64,000 bases of DNA from contig CAKSIW010000002.1 of the NCBI GenBank assembly GCA_934463175.1, forward strand, positions 11,127 to 75,126, read 5' to 3'. Below are positions 26,098 to 35,244 of the stretch, piece after piece; positions within the stretch are counted from its first letter, which is position 1, and every line of letters begins with the position of its first letter. The notes beneath the pieces are model-generated. The model saw only the letters and a list, made by a program, of their open reading frames with translations, did not search any database and had not been told where the DNA came from. Source of the DNA: an uncultured Clostridia bacterium. Lineage in GTDB: Bacteria > Bacillota > Clostridia > Monoglobales > Monoglobaceae. Both the position numbers and the translations under genes were made by a program.

Positions 26098-28218
26098 ATG
26101 ATTTATATTATCAAAAAAGACGGAACAAAAGAGGAATATAATGTTGAAAAGGTTGTTGCCGCGGTGAAGAAATCCGCGTTCCGCGCCCTGATCACCTTCA
26201 CGGACGAGGAGCTTGGCATGATTAAGACCTTTGTTGACAGCCGTGTCCTCAACATGGGCAAGGACGAAATCCCGATTTCGGAAATGCACAACATTGTCGA
26301 GGGCGCACTCGACCGCGTGAATCCGACAGTTGCCAAGAGCTACCGCGACTATCGGAACTATAAGCAGGACTTTGTTCACATGCTTGACGAGGTATATCAG
26401 AAAAGCCAGGCGATTATGTATATCGGCGACAAGGAAAACTCCAACTCGGATTCGGCTCTTGTCTCAACAAAACGCTCCCTGATTTTCAATCAGCTCAACA
26501 AGGAGCTTTATCAGAAGTTTTTCATGACGGTTGAGGAGCTTCAGGCGTGCCGTGAAGGCTATATCTACGTCCACGACATGTCAGCGCGCCGCGACACGAT
26601 GAACTGCTGCCTGTTTGATGTTAAAACCGTGCTTGAAGGCGGCTTTGAAATGGGCAACCTTTGGTATAACGAGCCGAAAACGCTTGATGTTGCGTTTGAT
26701 GTCATCGGCGACATTGTTCTGTCGGCGGCAAGCCAGCAGTACGGCGGCTTCACCGTTCCCGAGGTTGACAAAATTCTTGCGCCGTATGCCGAAAGAACAT
26801 ACAAAAAGCTCCTTGAAAAATACAGAGCACTCGGGCTTTCGGAGGAGGTCTGCGAACACGAAGCGGTGGCGGACATTGAAAACACCTTTGCGCAGGGCTT
26901 TCAGGGTTGGGAATATAAATTCAACACAGTTGCGTCAAGCCGCGGAGACTATCCGTTCATCACAATGACAATGGGTCTCGGAACGGGACGCTTTGAGAAA
27001 ATGGCTTCCAAATTAATGCTGAGTGTCCGCCGCGGCGGTCAGGGCAAAAAGACCTGTAAAAAGCCCGTCCTGTTCCCGAAAATCGTCTTTCTCTATGACG
27101 AGGCTCTTCACGGACCCGGCATGGAGCTTGAAGATGTCTTTGAAGCAGGAATCGAATGCTCACGCAAGACAATGTACCCCGACTGGCTCTCTCTGACGGG
27201 CGAAGGCTATGTTGCATCAATATACAAAAAATATAAAAAGGTTGTGTCCCCTATGGGCTGCCGCGCATTTCTTTCTCCGTGGTATGAACGCGGCGGAATC
27301 AAGCCGGCGGACGAAAATGACGTTCCTGTTTTTGTCGGACGCTTCAACATCGGCGCAGTCAGCCTTCATCTGCCGATGATATATGCCAAGGCACAGAAGG
27401 AAAGCCGTGACTTCTATGAGGTTCTGGACTATTACCTCGAGCTGATACGCAACCTGCACCTGCGCACATATGACTACCTCGGCGAAATGCGCGCGTCCAC
27501 AAATCCGCTTGCATACTGCGAAGGCGGATTTCTCGGCGGACATCTCGGCATTCACGACAAAATCAAGCCTCTTTTGGATTCCGCAACCGCGTCGTTCGGG
27601 ATAACCGCGCTCAATGAGCTTCAGCAGCTGTATAACAAAAAATCCATTGCTGAGGACGGTCGTTTTGCAATTGAGGTCATGGAGCATATCAACAAAAAGG
27701 TTGCCGAGTTTAAGGAGCAGGACGGTCGGCTCTATGCTCTCTACGGCACTCCTGCCGAAAGCCTGTGCGGTCTTCAGGTTAAGCAGTTCCGCGCAAAATA
27801 CGGAATTGTGCAGAATGTTTCGGATCGCGAATATGTCAGCAACAGCTTCCACTGCCATGTCACCGAGGAGCTGACGCCGATTCAGAAGCAGGACTTGGAG
27901 AAGCGTTTCTGGGATTTGATGAACGGCGGAAAGATTCAGTATGTGAAATATCCGATTGACTATAACATTGAAGCCGTCAAAACGCTTGTGAGACGCGCAA
28001 TGGATATGGGATTTTATGAGGGCGTCAACCTTTCGCTTTCATACTGCGACGACTGCGGACATCAGGAGCTTGACATGGACGTTTGCCCCAAGTGCGGAAG
28101 CCGCAACCTCACCAAAATTGACAGAATGAACGGTTACCTTTCCTATTCAAGAGTGAAGGGCGACACAAGGCTCAACGATGCCAAAATGGCGGAAATCAGG
28201 GATAGGAGAAGTATGTAA
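26098..28218 (+). CDS. nrdD: anaerobic ribonucleoside-triphosphate reductase
   Basis: N-terminal ATP-cone (IIKKDGTKEEYNVEKV), class III RNR core, C-terminal CDDCGH...CPKCGS zinc ribbon, and glycyl-radical loop RMNGYL. Confidence 0.95.
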   Translation: MIYIIKKDGTKEEYNVEKVVAAVKKSAFRALITFTDEELGMIKTFVDSRVLNMGKDEIPISEMHNIVEGALDRVNPTVAKSYRDYRNYKQDFVHMLDEVYQKSQAIMYIGDKENSNSDSALVSTKRSLIFNQLNKELYQKFFMTVEELQACREGYIYVHDMSARRDTMNCCLFDVKTVLEGGFEMGNLWYNEPKTLDVAFDVIGDIVLSAASQQYGGFTVPEVDKILAPYAERTYKKLLEKYRALGLSEEVCEHEAVADIENTFAQGFQGWEYKFNTVASSRGDYPFITMTMGLGTGRFEKMASKLMLSVRRGGQGKKTCKKPVLFPKIVFLYDEALHGPGMELEDVFEAGIECSRKTMYPDWLSLTGEGYVASIYKKYKKVVSPMGCRAFLSPWYERGGIKPADENDVPVFVGRFNIGAVSLHLPMIYAKAQKESRDFYEVLDYYLELIRNLHLRTYDYLGEMRASTNPLAYCEGGFLGGHLGIHDKIKPLLDSATASFGITALNELQQLYNKKSIAEDGRFAIEVMEHINKKVAEFKEQDGRLYALYGTPAESLCGLQVKQFRAKYGIVQNVSDREYVSNSFHCHVTEELTPIQKQDLEKRFWDLMNGGKIQYVKYPIDYNIEAVKTLVRRAMDMGFYEGVNLSLSYCDDCGHQELDMDVCPKCGSRNLTKIDRMNGYLSYSRVKGDTRLNDAKMAEIRDRRSM

Positions 28219-28718
28219 TGCATTTTCATAATATAACAAAGGACGATATGCTGAACGGGGAGGGGCTGCGCGTTGTGCTGTGGGTTGCAGGCTGCGGACA
28301 CCGCTGTCCCGGCTGTCACAATCCCATAACGTGGGACGAGACAGGCGGCATTGAATTTGACACGGACGCGGAGCATGAGCTGTTTGAAGCTCTGAACCGT
28401 CCGTACATCTCGGGTATAACCTTTTCGGGAGGAGATCCGCTTTTTCCGTCAAACCGCGCCGAGATCGGACGGCTGATTGAAAAATGCCGCACACTCTTTC
28501 CTTTGAAAACCATATGGCTTTATACAGGGTATCTGTGGGAGGAAATCTGCGATTTGGATTTTATCAAAACTGTTGACGTTATTGTTGACGGAAGATTTGA
28601 CGAATCGCGGAAGGACGCAAAGCTTTTTTGGAAGGGGAGCACGAATCAGCGTGTGATTGATGTGAAAAAAACGCTTGAAAACGGCAGTGTTGTTCTTCAT
28701 GGAAAGGAGCGCGAATGA
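28218..28718 (+). CDS. nrdG: anaerobic ribonucleotide reductase activating protein (radical SAM)
   Basis: NGEGLRVVLWVAGCGHRCPGCHN cluster motif. Its start overlaps the nrdD stop. Confidence 0.95.
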   Translation: MHFHNITKDDMLNGEGLRVVLWVAGCGHRCPGCHNPITWDETGGIEFDTDAEHELFEALNRPYISGITFSGGDPLFPSNRAEIGRLIEKCRTLFPLKTIWLYTGYLWEEICDLDFIKTVDVIVDGRFDESRKDAKLFWKGSTNQRVIDVKKTLENGSVVLHGKERE

Positions 28719-28736
28719 AATCGCGTTCCTTTTTGT
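28704..28736 (+). terminator. intrinsic terminator of nrdDG
   Basis: aaggagcgcga-atgaaa-tcgcgttcctt followed by TTTGTT. Overlaps the nrdG stop codon. Confidence 0.7.
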
Positions 28737-29027
28737 TGGAACGCTGTGTCCGGGTCTCTTTTATGGGGAACAAAGTTCCCCACCACTCCCTTTTTACGGT
28801 GGCGTTACCTTAGCTCTGAATTTATGACATTACCGATTATTCTGTTGTGTCGATTTTTCTGCCGTTTCTGTGCTGCTGCCGTCCATACTGATACCTTTTT
28901 GGGCAAGTTCATCTTTCATTTTAGCCTCAAATAACTTTAGCTCTTTGCTGCCAGGGTATCGGAATTTTCAAGAGAATATCTCCGAATATCAGCAATGCAC
29001 CGTGAATCCCTTTCACTCTATCCCCCC

Positions 29028-29312
29028 TCACTTCACAGACTCTTTAATGAGCCTTCTTAATGCTTTTTCCGAGTAGCTGTATTTCACAGCCAGTTGTTTT
29101 AGGTTTGTGCCGTCGTATTCCTCTAAAATCCGTTGCTTTACCATATCGGGGTTAAGGAAACGCATAGGAAAATTAACCTGTGTACCTTTGTAGAGCCGGT
29201 ACATTCTCATAGCGACATCAATTCCAAATTCGTCATTGATGTCTTTATAGACTGAATTTAGCAATTCCTTGTTATTTTCCAACAGCACCACCTCGCAATT
29301 TAATTTTACCAT
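29028..29312 (-). CDS. Mor-family transcription activator-like protein
   Basis: C-terminal pattern GTQVNFPMRF...RILEEYDGTNLKQLAVKYSYSEKALRRLI resembles the Mor/CD3324-type HTH. Low-GC islet. Confidence 0.6.
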   Translation of the reverse strand: MVKLNCEVVLLENNKELLNSVYKDINDEFGIDVAMRMYRLYKGTQVNFPMRFLNPDMVKQRILEEYDGTNLKQLAVKYSYSEKALRRLIKESVK

Positions 29313-29386
29313 AGCCTTTTGCCCCGTTCAAAAGACATTTTCCACGGGTTTGTCCGTTTTGGGTGTTTCTGTGCCTGTGTGAAGTT

Positions 29387-29728
29387 TCAGAAATGAGGCG
29401 GTGTGATTGAGAGTGCCATCACAAGAACGACCGAAAAATCGCTTGATAACTGGATTTGTGCGCTTGCATAGGGTTCTTCCGATGCCTTGATTATGTCAAG
29501 AAATTCGGGTGTGATTTTGTCAATCTCCTGATGAAAAATTTTTTTGAGATTTTTTAATTCCTCCGATTTTTCAATCAGAAGAACATAGCCGCCTAAGTCC
29601 GTGTCGGGATTTCTCATCTCGCCATAGTAGAAATTCAAGAGAGCAACCGTCTTTTCTATTTCAAATAAAACAGGGGGAGGAAGTCCGCAGAGCCTTTCAC
29701 AATCTTGCTTGGTACTGATTTTTTTCAT
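29387..29728 (-). CDS. hypothetical protein (113 aa)
   Basis: Strong RBS AAGGAG 8 nt before the ATG. I recognise no motif. Co-oriented with the Mor-like gene. Confidence 0.55.
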   Translation of the reverse strand: MKKISTKQDCERLCGLPPPVLFEIEKTVALLNFYYGEMRNPDTDLGGYVLLIEKSEELKNLKKIFHQEIDKITPEFLDIIKASEEPYASAQIQLSSDFSVVLVMALSITPPHF

Positions 29729-29842
29729 AATTAAAAACTCCTTTCTTTCAGTATCATAAAGATAATATCTGTCAGAAAAGAGCTTTGTTTCGGATTTATT
29801 AAGATGTCAAACCTGTTGTAAGCTAATGTTTTGCATTAGGAC

Positions 29843-29875
29843 AAAAAAATAGCCCAGAGCCTTGATAACTCTGGG
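29843..29875 (-). terminator. intrinsic terminator of the tRNA-Ser pair
   Basis: Minus strand CCCAGAG-uuaucaagg-CUCUGGG followed by CUAUUUUUUUG. Confidence 0.7.
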
Positions 29876-29903
29876 ATTTTCACCCCGAAAGTGGGGATTT
29901 TAT

Positions 29904-29995
29904 TGGCGGAGAAGGAGGGATTTGAACCCTCGCGCCGCGTTAACGACCTACACCCTTAGCAGGGGCGCCTCTTCGGCCTCTTGAGTACTTCTCCG
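29904..29995 (-). tRNA. tRNA-Ser (anticodon GCU)
   Basis: 92-nt class II tRNA: acceptor GGAGAAG, anticodon stem-loop CGCCC-CTGCTAA-GGGTG, long variable arm, T arm GAGGG-TTCAAAT-CCCTC, encoded CCA. Confidence 0.9.
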
Positions 29996-30021
29996 AATTT
30001 AAAAACATATTAAAAATAAAA

Positions 30022-30109
30022 TGGCGGAGAGGCAGAGATTCGAACTCTGGGTGCTTTCGCATCACTAGTTTTCAAGACTAGCTCCTTAAACCACTCGGAC
30101 ACCTCTCCG
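30022..30109 (-). tRNA. tRNA-Ser (anticodon UGA)
   Basis: 88-nt class II tRNA: acceptor GGAGAGG, anticodon stem-loop CTAGT-CTTGAAA-ACTAG, long variable arm, T arm CAGAG-TTCGAAT-CTCTG, encoded CCA. Confidence 0.9.
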
Positions 30110-30138
30110 TAACAGCCGCTTCCATTTGCGACTTTAAT

Positions 30139-30167
30139 ATTATATCACAGCTTTTCCGATATGTCAA
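30139..30167 (-). promoter_or_regulatory. consensus sigma-A promoter of the tRNA-Ser pair
   Basis: Minus strand TTGACA-tatcgGAAAAGCTGTga(17)-TATAAT, with a TGTGn -16 element. Confidence 0.65.
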
Positions 30168-30194
30168 TACCTTATTTTCACTTTTTATAATTTC

Positions 30195-30722
30195 TCATCT
30201 TCGGCTTCTGCTGAGCACTCTCACAACAAGATATGCCAATGCACCGCCGATGACAGCCGTGACAAACTGCGCCGCACCGAATAATGCCGAAATCACTGCC
30301 GCTTGCTTTTCGGGTATGTTCGGCATGAGCGGAAGTGCAATTCTGACTATTCCAAAATACAGCACCGCAAACTTTGCCGCCGCACCGATAAGCACCGACA
30401 CTGCCCATTTCAGCAAATCATTCATGTTCAGCACAGAGACAAGCCCTCCGCAGACAACAACAATCACAAGATTTCCGAGAGCAATGAGCGGCACAAGCTG
30501 CGGAAGCTTCGGTCCGATTCCGAGCAGAAATGCCATCAGCGGCGAAATCACCGCAACGCATATTCCGCCTGCAATCCCTGTCAATGATGCCGCCGCAATG
30601 AGTATCATATTGACGAGTGAGCCTGTGACAAGCTGTGACATTGACTTCGTAATAAATTGTACAACAACCAAAACAGCTATTAAAACAGCTGTCGTTGTGA
30701 TAAATTTGGTTTTCCTATTCAA
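30195..30722 (-). CDS. ECF-transporter S-component-like membrane protein (substrate unknown)
   Basis: 175 aa, 5-6 TM helices, no adjacent ECF A/T genes. TTG start 9 nt after GGGAG. Confidence 0.6.
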   Translation of the reverse strand: MNRKTKFITTTAVLIAVLVVVQFITKSMSQLVTGSLVNMILIAAASLTGIAGGICVAVISPLMAFLLGIGPKLPQLVPLIALGNLVIVVVCGGLVSVLNMNDLLKWAVSVLIGAAAKFAVLYFGIVRIALPLMPNIPEKQAAVISALFGAAQFVTAVIGGALAYLVVRVLSRSRR

Positions 30723-30746
30723 TTTTCACATCTCCCTGAAGCCCTG

Positions 30747-30816
30747 CTGACTGCCCGTGCAGCACTCCGCTGCCGCCCGGCTGCGGCAAGATCTGCACAG
30801 ACCGCGTTCAGTCAGG
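30747..30816 (-). other. GC-rich three-tier hairpin between mgsA and the S-component gene
   Basis: Minus strand CUGACUG..GUGCAG..UGCCGC-agccgg-GCGGCA..CUGCAC..CAGUCAG. Begins right after the mgsA stop, ends about 10 nt before the RBS, and has no U-tract. Confidence 0.4.
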
Positions 30817-31227
30817 CTATTTTTTATCCTTCGGATTGACAATATCACGCCATTCCAAATCGCCTCTGTCAAGACCGCGAATGAGCACCTCAGCCGTTGC
30901 ACTGTTGGTTGCAAGCGGAATGTTGTGCACATCACAAAGTCTGAAAAGCGCGGAAACATCAGGTTCATGCGGCTGAGCCGTGAGCGGGTCACGAAAGAAC
31001 AAAACAAGATCAATCTCATTATATGCAATGCGCGCACCAATCTGCTGGTCACCGCCCTGCGGGCCCGACAAAAAAAGGTTCACGTCCATTCCTGTTGCCT
31101 CAATTACCAGATTACCTGTTGTCCCCGTTGCACAAAGATTATGCTTGCTCAGGATTCCCTTGTAAGCAATGCAGAAATCAACCATCAGTTCTTTTTTCTT
31201 GTCATGTGCAATTAACGCTATGTTCAC
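30817..31227 (-). CDS. mgsA: methylglyoxal synthase
   Basis: [10 protein letters not shown]...ATGTTG...[10 protein letters not shown]...FFRDPL...HEPDV signature. GTG start. Confidence 0.9.
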   Translation of the reverse strand: MNIALIAHDKKKELMVDFCIAYKGILSKHNLCATGTTGNLVIEATGMDVNLFLSGPQGGDQQIGARIAYNEIDLVLFFRDPLTAQPHEPDVSALFRLCDVHNIPLATNSATAEVLIRGLDRGDLEWRDIVNPKDKK

Positions 31228-31312
31228 ACCCTAACCCCCTAATTGGTAATGTCAAATTCTGTTATTCATTTGTGTTAAGACCGCATATATCGTCAAAATA
31301 CATCTTTAATTT

Positions 31313-31588
31313 TTATCTCTTTTTCATGCTCTTAATCGGAATATTCGCCGTGAGCGCGGGAACCTGCGTCTTTCCGTCGTCACTCTGCGCGGTTGTTATG
31401 TGAATGTCCAGTCCGCTGTCCGCAACGTCCATATATTTTGCAAGAACCTGCATTATTTCATCTTTTATCTGCTCCAGAAAATCGGGGGAAACATTTGCTC
31501 TGTCATGCACAAGCACAAGTTTCAGCCTGTCTGCCGCTTCGCTTCCCGAGCCTTTTTTTCTGCCAAAAATCTTAGACAAATCCAGCAT
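31313..31588 (-). CDS. minE: cell division topological specificity factor MinE
   Basis: SAADRLKLVLVHDR motif. Immediately downstream of minD. Confidence 0.9.
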   Translation of the reverse strand: MLDLSKIFGRKKGSGSEAADRLKLVLVHDRANVSPDFLEQIKDEIMQVLAKYMDVADSGLDIHITTAQSDDGKTQVPALTANIPIKSMKKR

Positions 31589-31613
31589 TGATTTCTCTCT
31601 CCTTAATATAAAA

Positions 31614-32405
31614 TTAGTTCTTTCCGAACAGCTTTTTCAGCTTTCCGAGAAACGTGTTTTCATCAAGATCCATAAGCGGAACATTGTTTCCGACAAGCCT
31701 CTGCGTGATGTTTCTGTAACCCTGACCGGCAGATGATTTCATGTTGACAACAGCAGGCTCTCCCTTGTTTGTCGATACTATTATATCCTGGTCATCGGGA
31801 ATGATTCCGATTAAATCAATATTGAGAATGTCAATTATATCATCAATATTCATCATATCTCCGCGTCTCACCATGTCGGGACGGATTCTGTTTATAATCA
31901 GATAGTGCTCCTCAATTTCATTTGCCTCCAGAAGCCCGATGATCCTGTCGGCATCACGAACAGCCGAAACCTCGGGGGTTGTGACAATGAGTGCCTTGTC
32001 CGCGCCGGCAATCGCATTTTTAAAGCCCTGTTCGATTCCTGCCGGGCAGTCAATGATTATGAAATCATATTCCTCGCGCAGCTTATCGCAAAGCTCCTTC
32101 ATCTGTTCAACCGAAACCGCGTCCTTATCCTTTGTCTGTGCCGCCGGTATGAGGAAAAGCCCGTCAAAACGCTTATCCTTGATTGCAGCCTGTCTCGGCG
32201 AGCAAACGCCCGTCACAACATCAACAAGATCATAAACAATTCTATTTTCAAGACCAAGCACAACATCAAGGTTTCTCAGACCGATGTCTGTGTCGATCAG
32301 CACAACCTTTTTCCCAAGCTTGGCAAGACCCACACCAAGATTCGCAGTGGTCGTTGTCTTGCCCACTCCGCCTTTACCGGAAGTTATAACTATTACCTGT
32401 GACAT
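31614..32405 (-). CDS. minD: septum site-determining ATPase MinD
   Basis: Deviant Walker A SGKGGVGKTT and a C-terminal amphipathic helix. Confidence 0.95.
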   Translation of the reverse strand: MSQVIVITSGKGGVGKTTTTANLGVGLAKLGKKVVLIDTDIGLRNLDVVLGLENRIVYDLVDVVTGVCSPRQAAIKDKRFDGLFLIPAAQTKDKDAVSVEQMKELCDKLREEYDFIIIDCPAGIEQGFKNAIAGADKALIVTTPEVSAVRDADRIIGLLEANEIEEHYLIINRIRPDMVRRGDMMNIDDIIDILNIDLIGIIPDDQDIIVSTNKGEPAVVNMKSSAGQGYRNITQRLVGNNVPLMDLDENTFLGKLKKLFGKN

Positions 32406-32478
32406 TTAAAGCCCTCCATACGCATTATAAATATCTTTTTATTTCATATTAACACAAAATGCGTCAAATGTCAAAATA

Positions 32479-33168
32479 TTATTTCTTTTTTTGCAAAAAA
32501 TCTTCAATAAAAATACTGCCGTCTTTTATATATGCAATTTCAGGCACAATTGCACGGTTCACATCACCGTCGGGAGCACGCGTTATAATATCCGCAATTC
32601 TGAGCTGTGTCGGCGAAAGATTGAGTGCAACCACAATCGCCTCGCGGTTTCCCTTTGCGCCTGCGTGAACAGTTCCCTTGACCGTTCCCATCACGGCAAT
32701 GTTGCCTGCCGCCGTCAGCTCCGCGCCCGGGTTCACATCTCCGATAATCACAATATGACCGTCGGACTCCAGCTGCTGTCCCGAACGCACCGTTTTGCAA
32801 TAGAACTTTGTTTTTTCATCATTTATGTCAATCTTGAATCCGCGGCTCAGAATCTTCTCCGCAGAGAGTGACGCCGACTGTCTGACAACCTTTTCGGCGG
32901 TCGTTTCCTTCAGCGCGTCCGGCTTCTCCCAAAGCGTAACCTTGCAGCCGAGAATCCTGCTCAATTCGTCAATAATCTCCGCATACTGCGCATCGGTCAG
33001 CGCAATTCCGCGGAATCCGACATGCGGTTCAATCCCCTGAAAAAAGCTCTCCGATTTTCTGAACTTGTCAGCCACCGCCTCTTTTATATCCGCAAACGGA
33101 AGCTCCTCATTCAGGTATACAATCATACCGTCCTTATACAGCTTCAGCACAACAGCATTTCCATTCAT
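32479..33168 (-). CDS. minC: septum site-determining protein MinC
   Basis: C-terminal beta-helix repeats (IVIIGDVNPGAELTAAGNIAVMG). Positioned upstream of minD. Confidence 0.85.
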   Translation of the reverse strand: MNGNAVVLKLYKDGMIVYLNEELPFADIKEAVADKFRKSESFFQGIEPHVGFRGIALTDAQYAEIIDELSRILGCKVTLWEKPDALKETTAEKVVRQSASLSAEKILSRGFKIDINDEKTKFYCKTVRSGQQLESDGHIVIIGDVNPGAELTAAGNIAVMGTVKGTVHAGAKGNREAIVVALNLSPTQLRIADIITRAPDGDVNRAIVPEIAYIKDGSIFIEDFLQKKK

Positions 33169-33198
33169 TGCATTTGCCTCTCTTTCCTCTTCTGTTTC

Positions 33199-35244
33199 CT
33201 ATTTCAAAAGCCTGTTCGGCATTTTAACCTCATCAGTCACCTCAGACAAGCCGAGGTAATATTCAAACATATCCCTTGCCACCTGTGCGGCATAGCGGCT
33301 TGTTGCTCCATGTTCCAGAACAACCGCAACCGCAATCTGCGGATTTTCATACGGCGCAAAACCGACAAACAAAACATTATCGCTTCCGTTTCCGACCTCC
33401 GCAGTTCCTGTTTTTCCTCCGACCGCAATCGGAAAATCGGTGAAAACCGCGCGCGCAGTTCCGTCCTGAGTTACCCTCCGCATTCCGTCCTTGACGGCTT
33501 CATATGTCGAGTCGGATATCTGATGCTCGGATATTATCTCGGGTTCTCTCTTGTATGCAATGCTTCCCGTGTCGTAATTCCTTATCTCCTTGACAAGGTG
33601 CAGAGAATATCTCGTTCCCTTATTGAGCAGGGTTGAAACATAGCTTGCAAGCTGAACGGGGGTGAACATGTTGTCCGACTGCCCGATTGCCGCCTGAAGC
33701 GTGTCGCCCGGATACCACTGAGCATTCAGCTTTTCCCTGTAGGTCGGCCCGGCAACAATTCCGCTCGACTCTGAAAGCTCAATTCCCGTCGGCTCGCCGA
33801 GACCGAAATATCCCGCATACTTTTCAATATTGCTGATTGTCAGCCGTCTGCCGACATCATAGAAGAAATAGTTACAGGACGCGCCGATTGCCTCCGACAC
33901 GTTTATTTTCCCATGCGTCCGTCTTGAATTTTTCCAAATCAGACAGGTCGGCTGATATGACGGGGCATAGTATGTGTAGATACCCTTTGTTTCAATAATC
34001 GTGTTCGGGGTGATTATTCCCTCCTCAAGTGCCGCAACAGCAGTGAGGGGCTTGAAGGTTGACCCCGGGGTATATGCACCGTTGAGCGCTCTGTTGAAGA
34101 GCGGCTTTTTGGGGTCTTCCAGAAATTCGTTATATTTTTTCGTGTATTCCGCAGGGTCATAATTCGGCAGTGATGCAATTGCAAGCACAGACCCCGTGCC
34201 GATTTCAACGGCAACCGCCGCACCGCTGAAGCAGTCCCTTCCCTTTGCCGCGCGTGCGGTTTCGATGTTTTCCGCAAGTGATTTCTCGGCAACGCGCTGC
34301 AGCTCCGAGTCAATCGTCAGCACAGCATAGTTGTCGGTGTGCGGCTCTTTCACGCTCAGAACCTGCGAAACGTTGCCCGATCGCGTCTGCTCAACACGCT
34401 TATATCCGTCCTTACCCTTCAGATATTTCTCAAGAACCTTTTCAAGCCCGTCCTTTCCGATTATGTCGTTCATGCCGTAGCCGCGATCCTTCAGTTCTGC
34501 ATATTCCTCGCGGTATATTATGCCCGTCCGCCCGAGAATGTGTGCGGCAAGAGTGCCTCCGCGGTATTCGCGCACCGGCTCAACCTCGACGCTCACGCCC
34601 TTCAGCTCGAACGACAGCTCCTTTATTTTCTGAACAACCGCCATGTCAACATTGTTCGCAAACGTATACGGATTCATAACACTGAAATTCTTTGATTCCA
34701 TGGTATAGCGTACGCCGATGATGTCCATTGTCTCGCTTTCGCTGTATTTATCGGAAATCTTATATCGTTCACGGTAATAATCCACGATTTCCTTTTCCGT
34801 TGTGTATTTTTCAAGCTTGTTTTTCTTTTTCCAGTCCTCCGCCGACTTTTCGGTGTCTTCGCTGTTTTCAAAAACAAACCCGGGCGGATTGCCCTTAATC
34901 GGGAAATCGTTAAAAAACTCCGCTTCGTTTTCACTGAATATTTTCATCAGCTTTGACAATGTCTCATTCAGGGTGCTATTCTCCTTGTCCATGCTTTGAA
35001 TCTGAACATAATATCCCATGCTGTTTGAGACAAGCGGTCTGCCATAGGTGTCAACAATCTCACCTCTCGGTGCCTTGATTGAATACGCACGGATAAAACG
35101 GTTGTCCGCTTTCTCCTTGTAGGAATCGCCGTTCACAATCTGAAGATTGAACAGTCTGACCACGCAAAGAACCGTAAATGCCGCCAGGAAACAATATATT
35201 AAAATGAACCTTGTTTTCAAGCCTTTGTTATCCAACACCTTCAC
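33199..35244 (-). CDS. mrdA: penicillin-binding protein 2 (elongasome transpeptidase)
   Basis: SxxK (GSTFKP), SxN (SCN) and KTG (GGKTGTAE) motifs. The ORF opens at 35313, well inside mreD. I prefer GTG 35244 (alternatives 35238/35235); the start is uncertain. Confidence 0.85.
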   Translation of the reverse strand: MKVLDNKGLKTRFILIYCFLAAFTVLCVVRLFNLQIVNGDSYKEKADNRFIRAYSIKAPRGEIVDTYGRPLVSNSMGYYVQIQSMDKENSTLNETLSKLMKIFSENEAEFFNDFPIKGNPPGFVFENSEDTEKSAEDWKKKNKLEKYTTEKEIVDYYRERYKISDKYSESETMDIIGVRYTMESKNFSVMNPYTFANNVDMAVVQKIKELSFELKGVSVEVEPVREYRGGTLAAHILGRTGIIYREEYAELKDRGYGMNDIIGKDGLEKVLEKYLKGKDGYKRVEQTRSGNVSQVLSVKEPHTDNYAVLTIDSELQRVAEKSLAENIETARAAKGRDCFSGAAVAVEIGTGSVLAIASLPNYDPAEYTKKYNEFLEDPKKPLFNRALNGAYTPGSTFKPLTAVAALEEGIITPNTIIETKGIYTYYAPSYQPTCLIWKNSRRTHGKINVSEAIGASCNYFFYDVGRRLTISNIEKYAGYFGLGEPTGIELSESSGIVAGPTYREKLNAQWYPGDTLQAAIGQSDNMFTPVQLASYVSTLLNKGTRYSLHLVKEIRNYDTGSIAYKREPEIISEHQISDSTYEAVKDGMRRVTQDGTARAVFTDFPIAVGGKTGTAEVGNGSDNVLFVGFAPYENPQIAVAVVLEHGATSRYAAQVARDMFEYYLGLSEVTDEVKMPNRLLK

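Noticed and set aside
28746-28934. 62-aa plus-strand ORF downstream of nrdG
   Set aside because: It starts after the nrdDG terminator with no promoter or RBS, and its Phe/Cys/Leu-rich product looks like translated AT-rich spacer.
28737-29027. Search for att-type direct repeats of the tRNA-Ser(GCU) 3' end, an integrase, or a gene relic to define an integrated element
   Set aside because: I found no copy of the tRNA 3' segment. The only relic is a 29-aa ORF (MKDELAQKGISMDGSSTETAEKSTQQNNR) preceded by an in-frame stop. A mobile-element call cannot be supported.
30747-30816. Assignment of the pre-S-component hairpin to TPP, THF, preQ1 or FMN riboswitch classes
   Set aside because: None of the class signatures I know are present (CUGAGA...ACCUGAUCUGGAUAAUGCCAGCG for TPP, the preQ1-I A-rich tail, the THF junction motifs). 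It is left as an unclassified structure.
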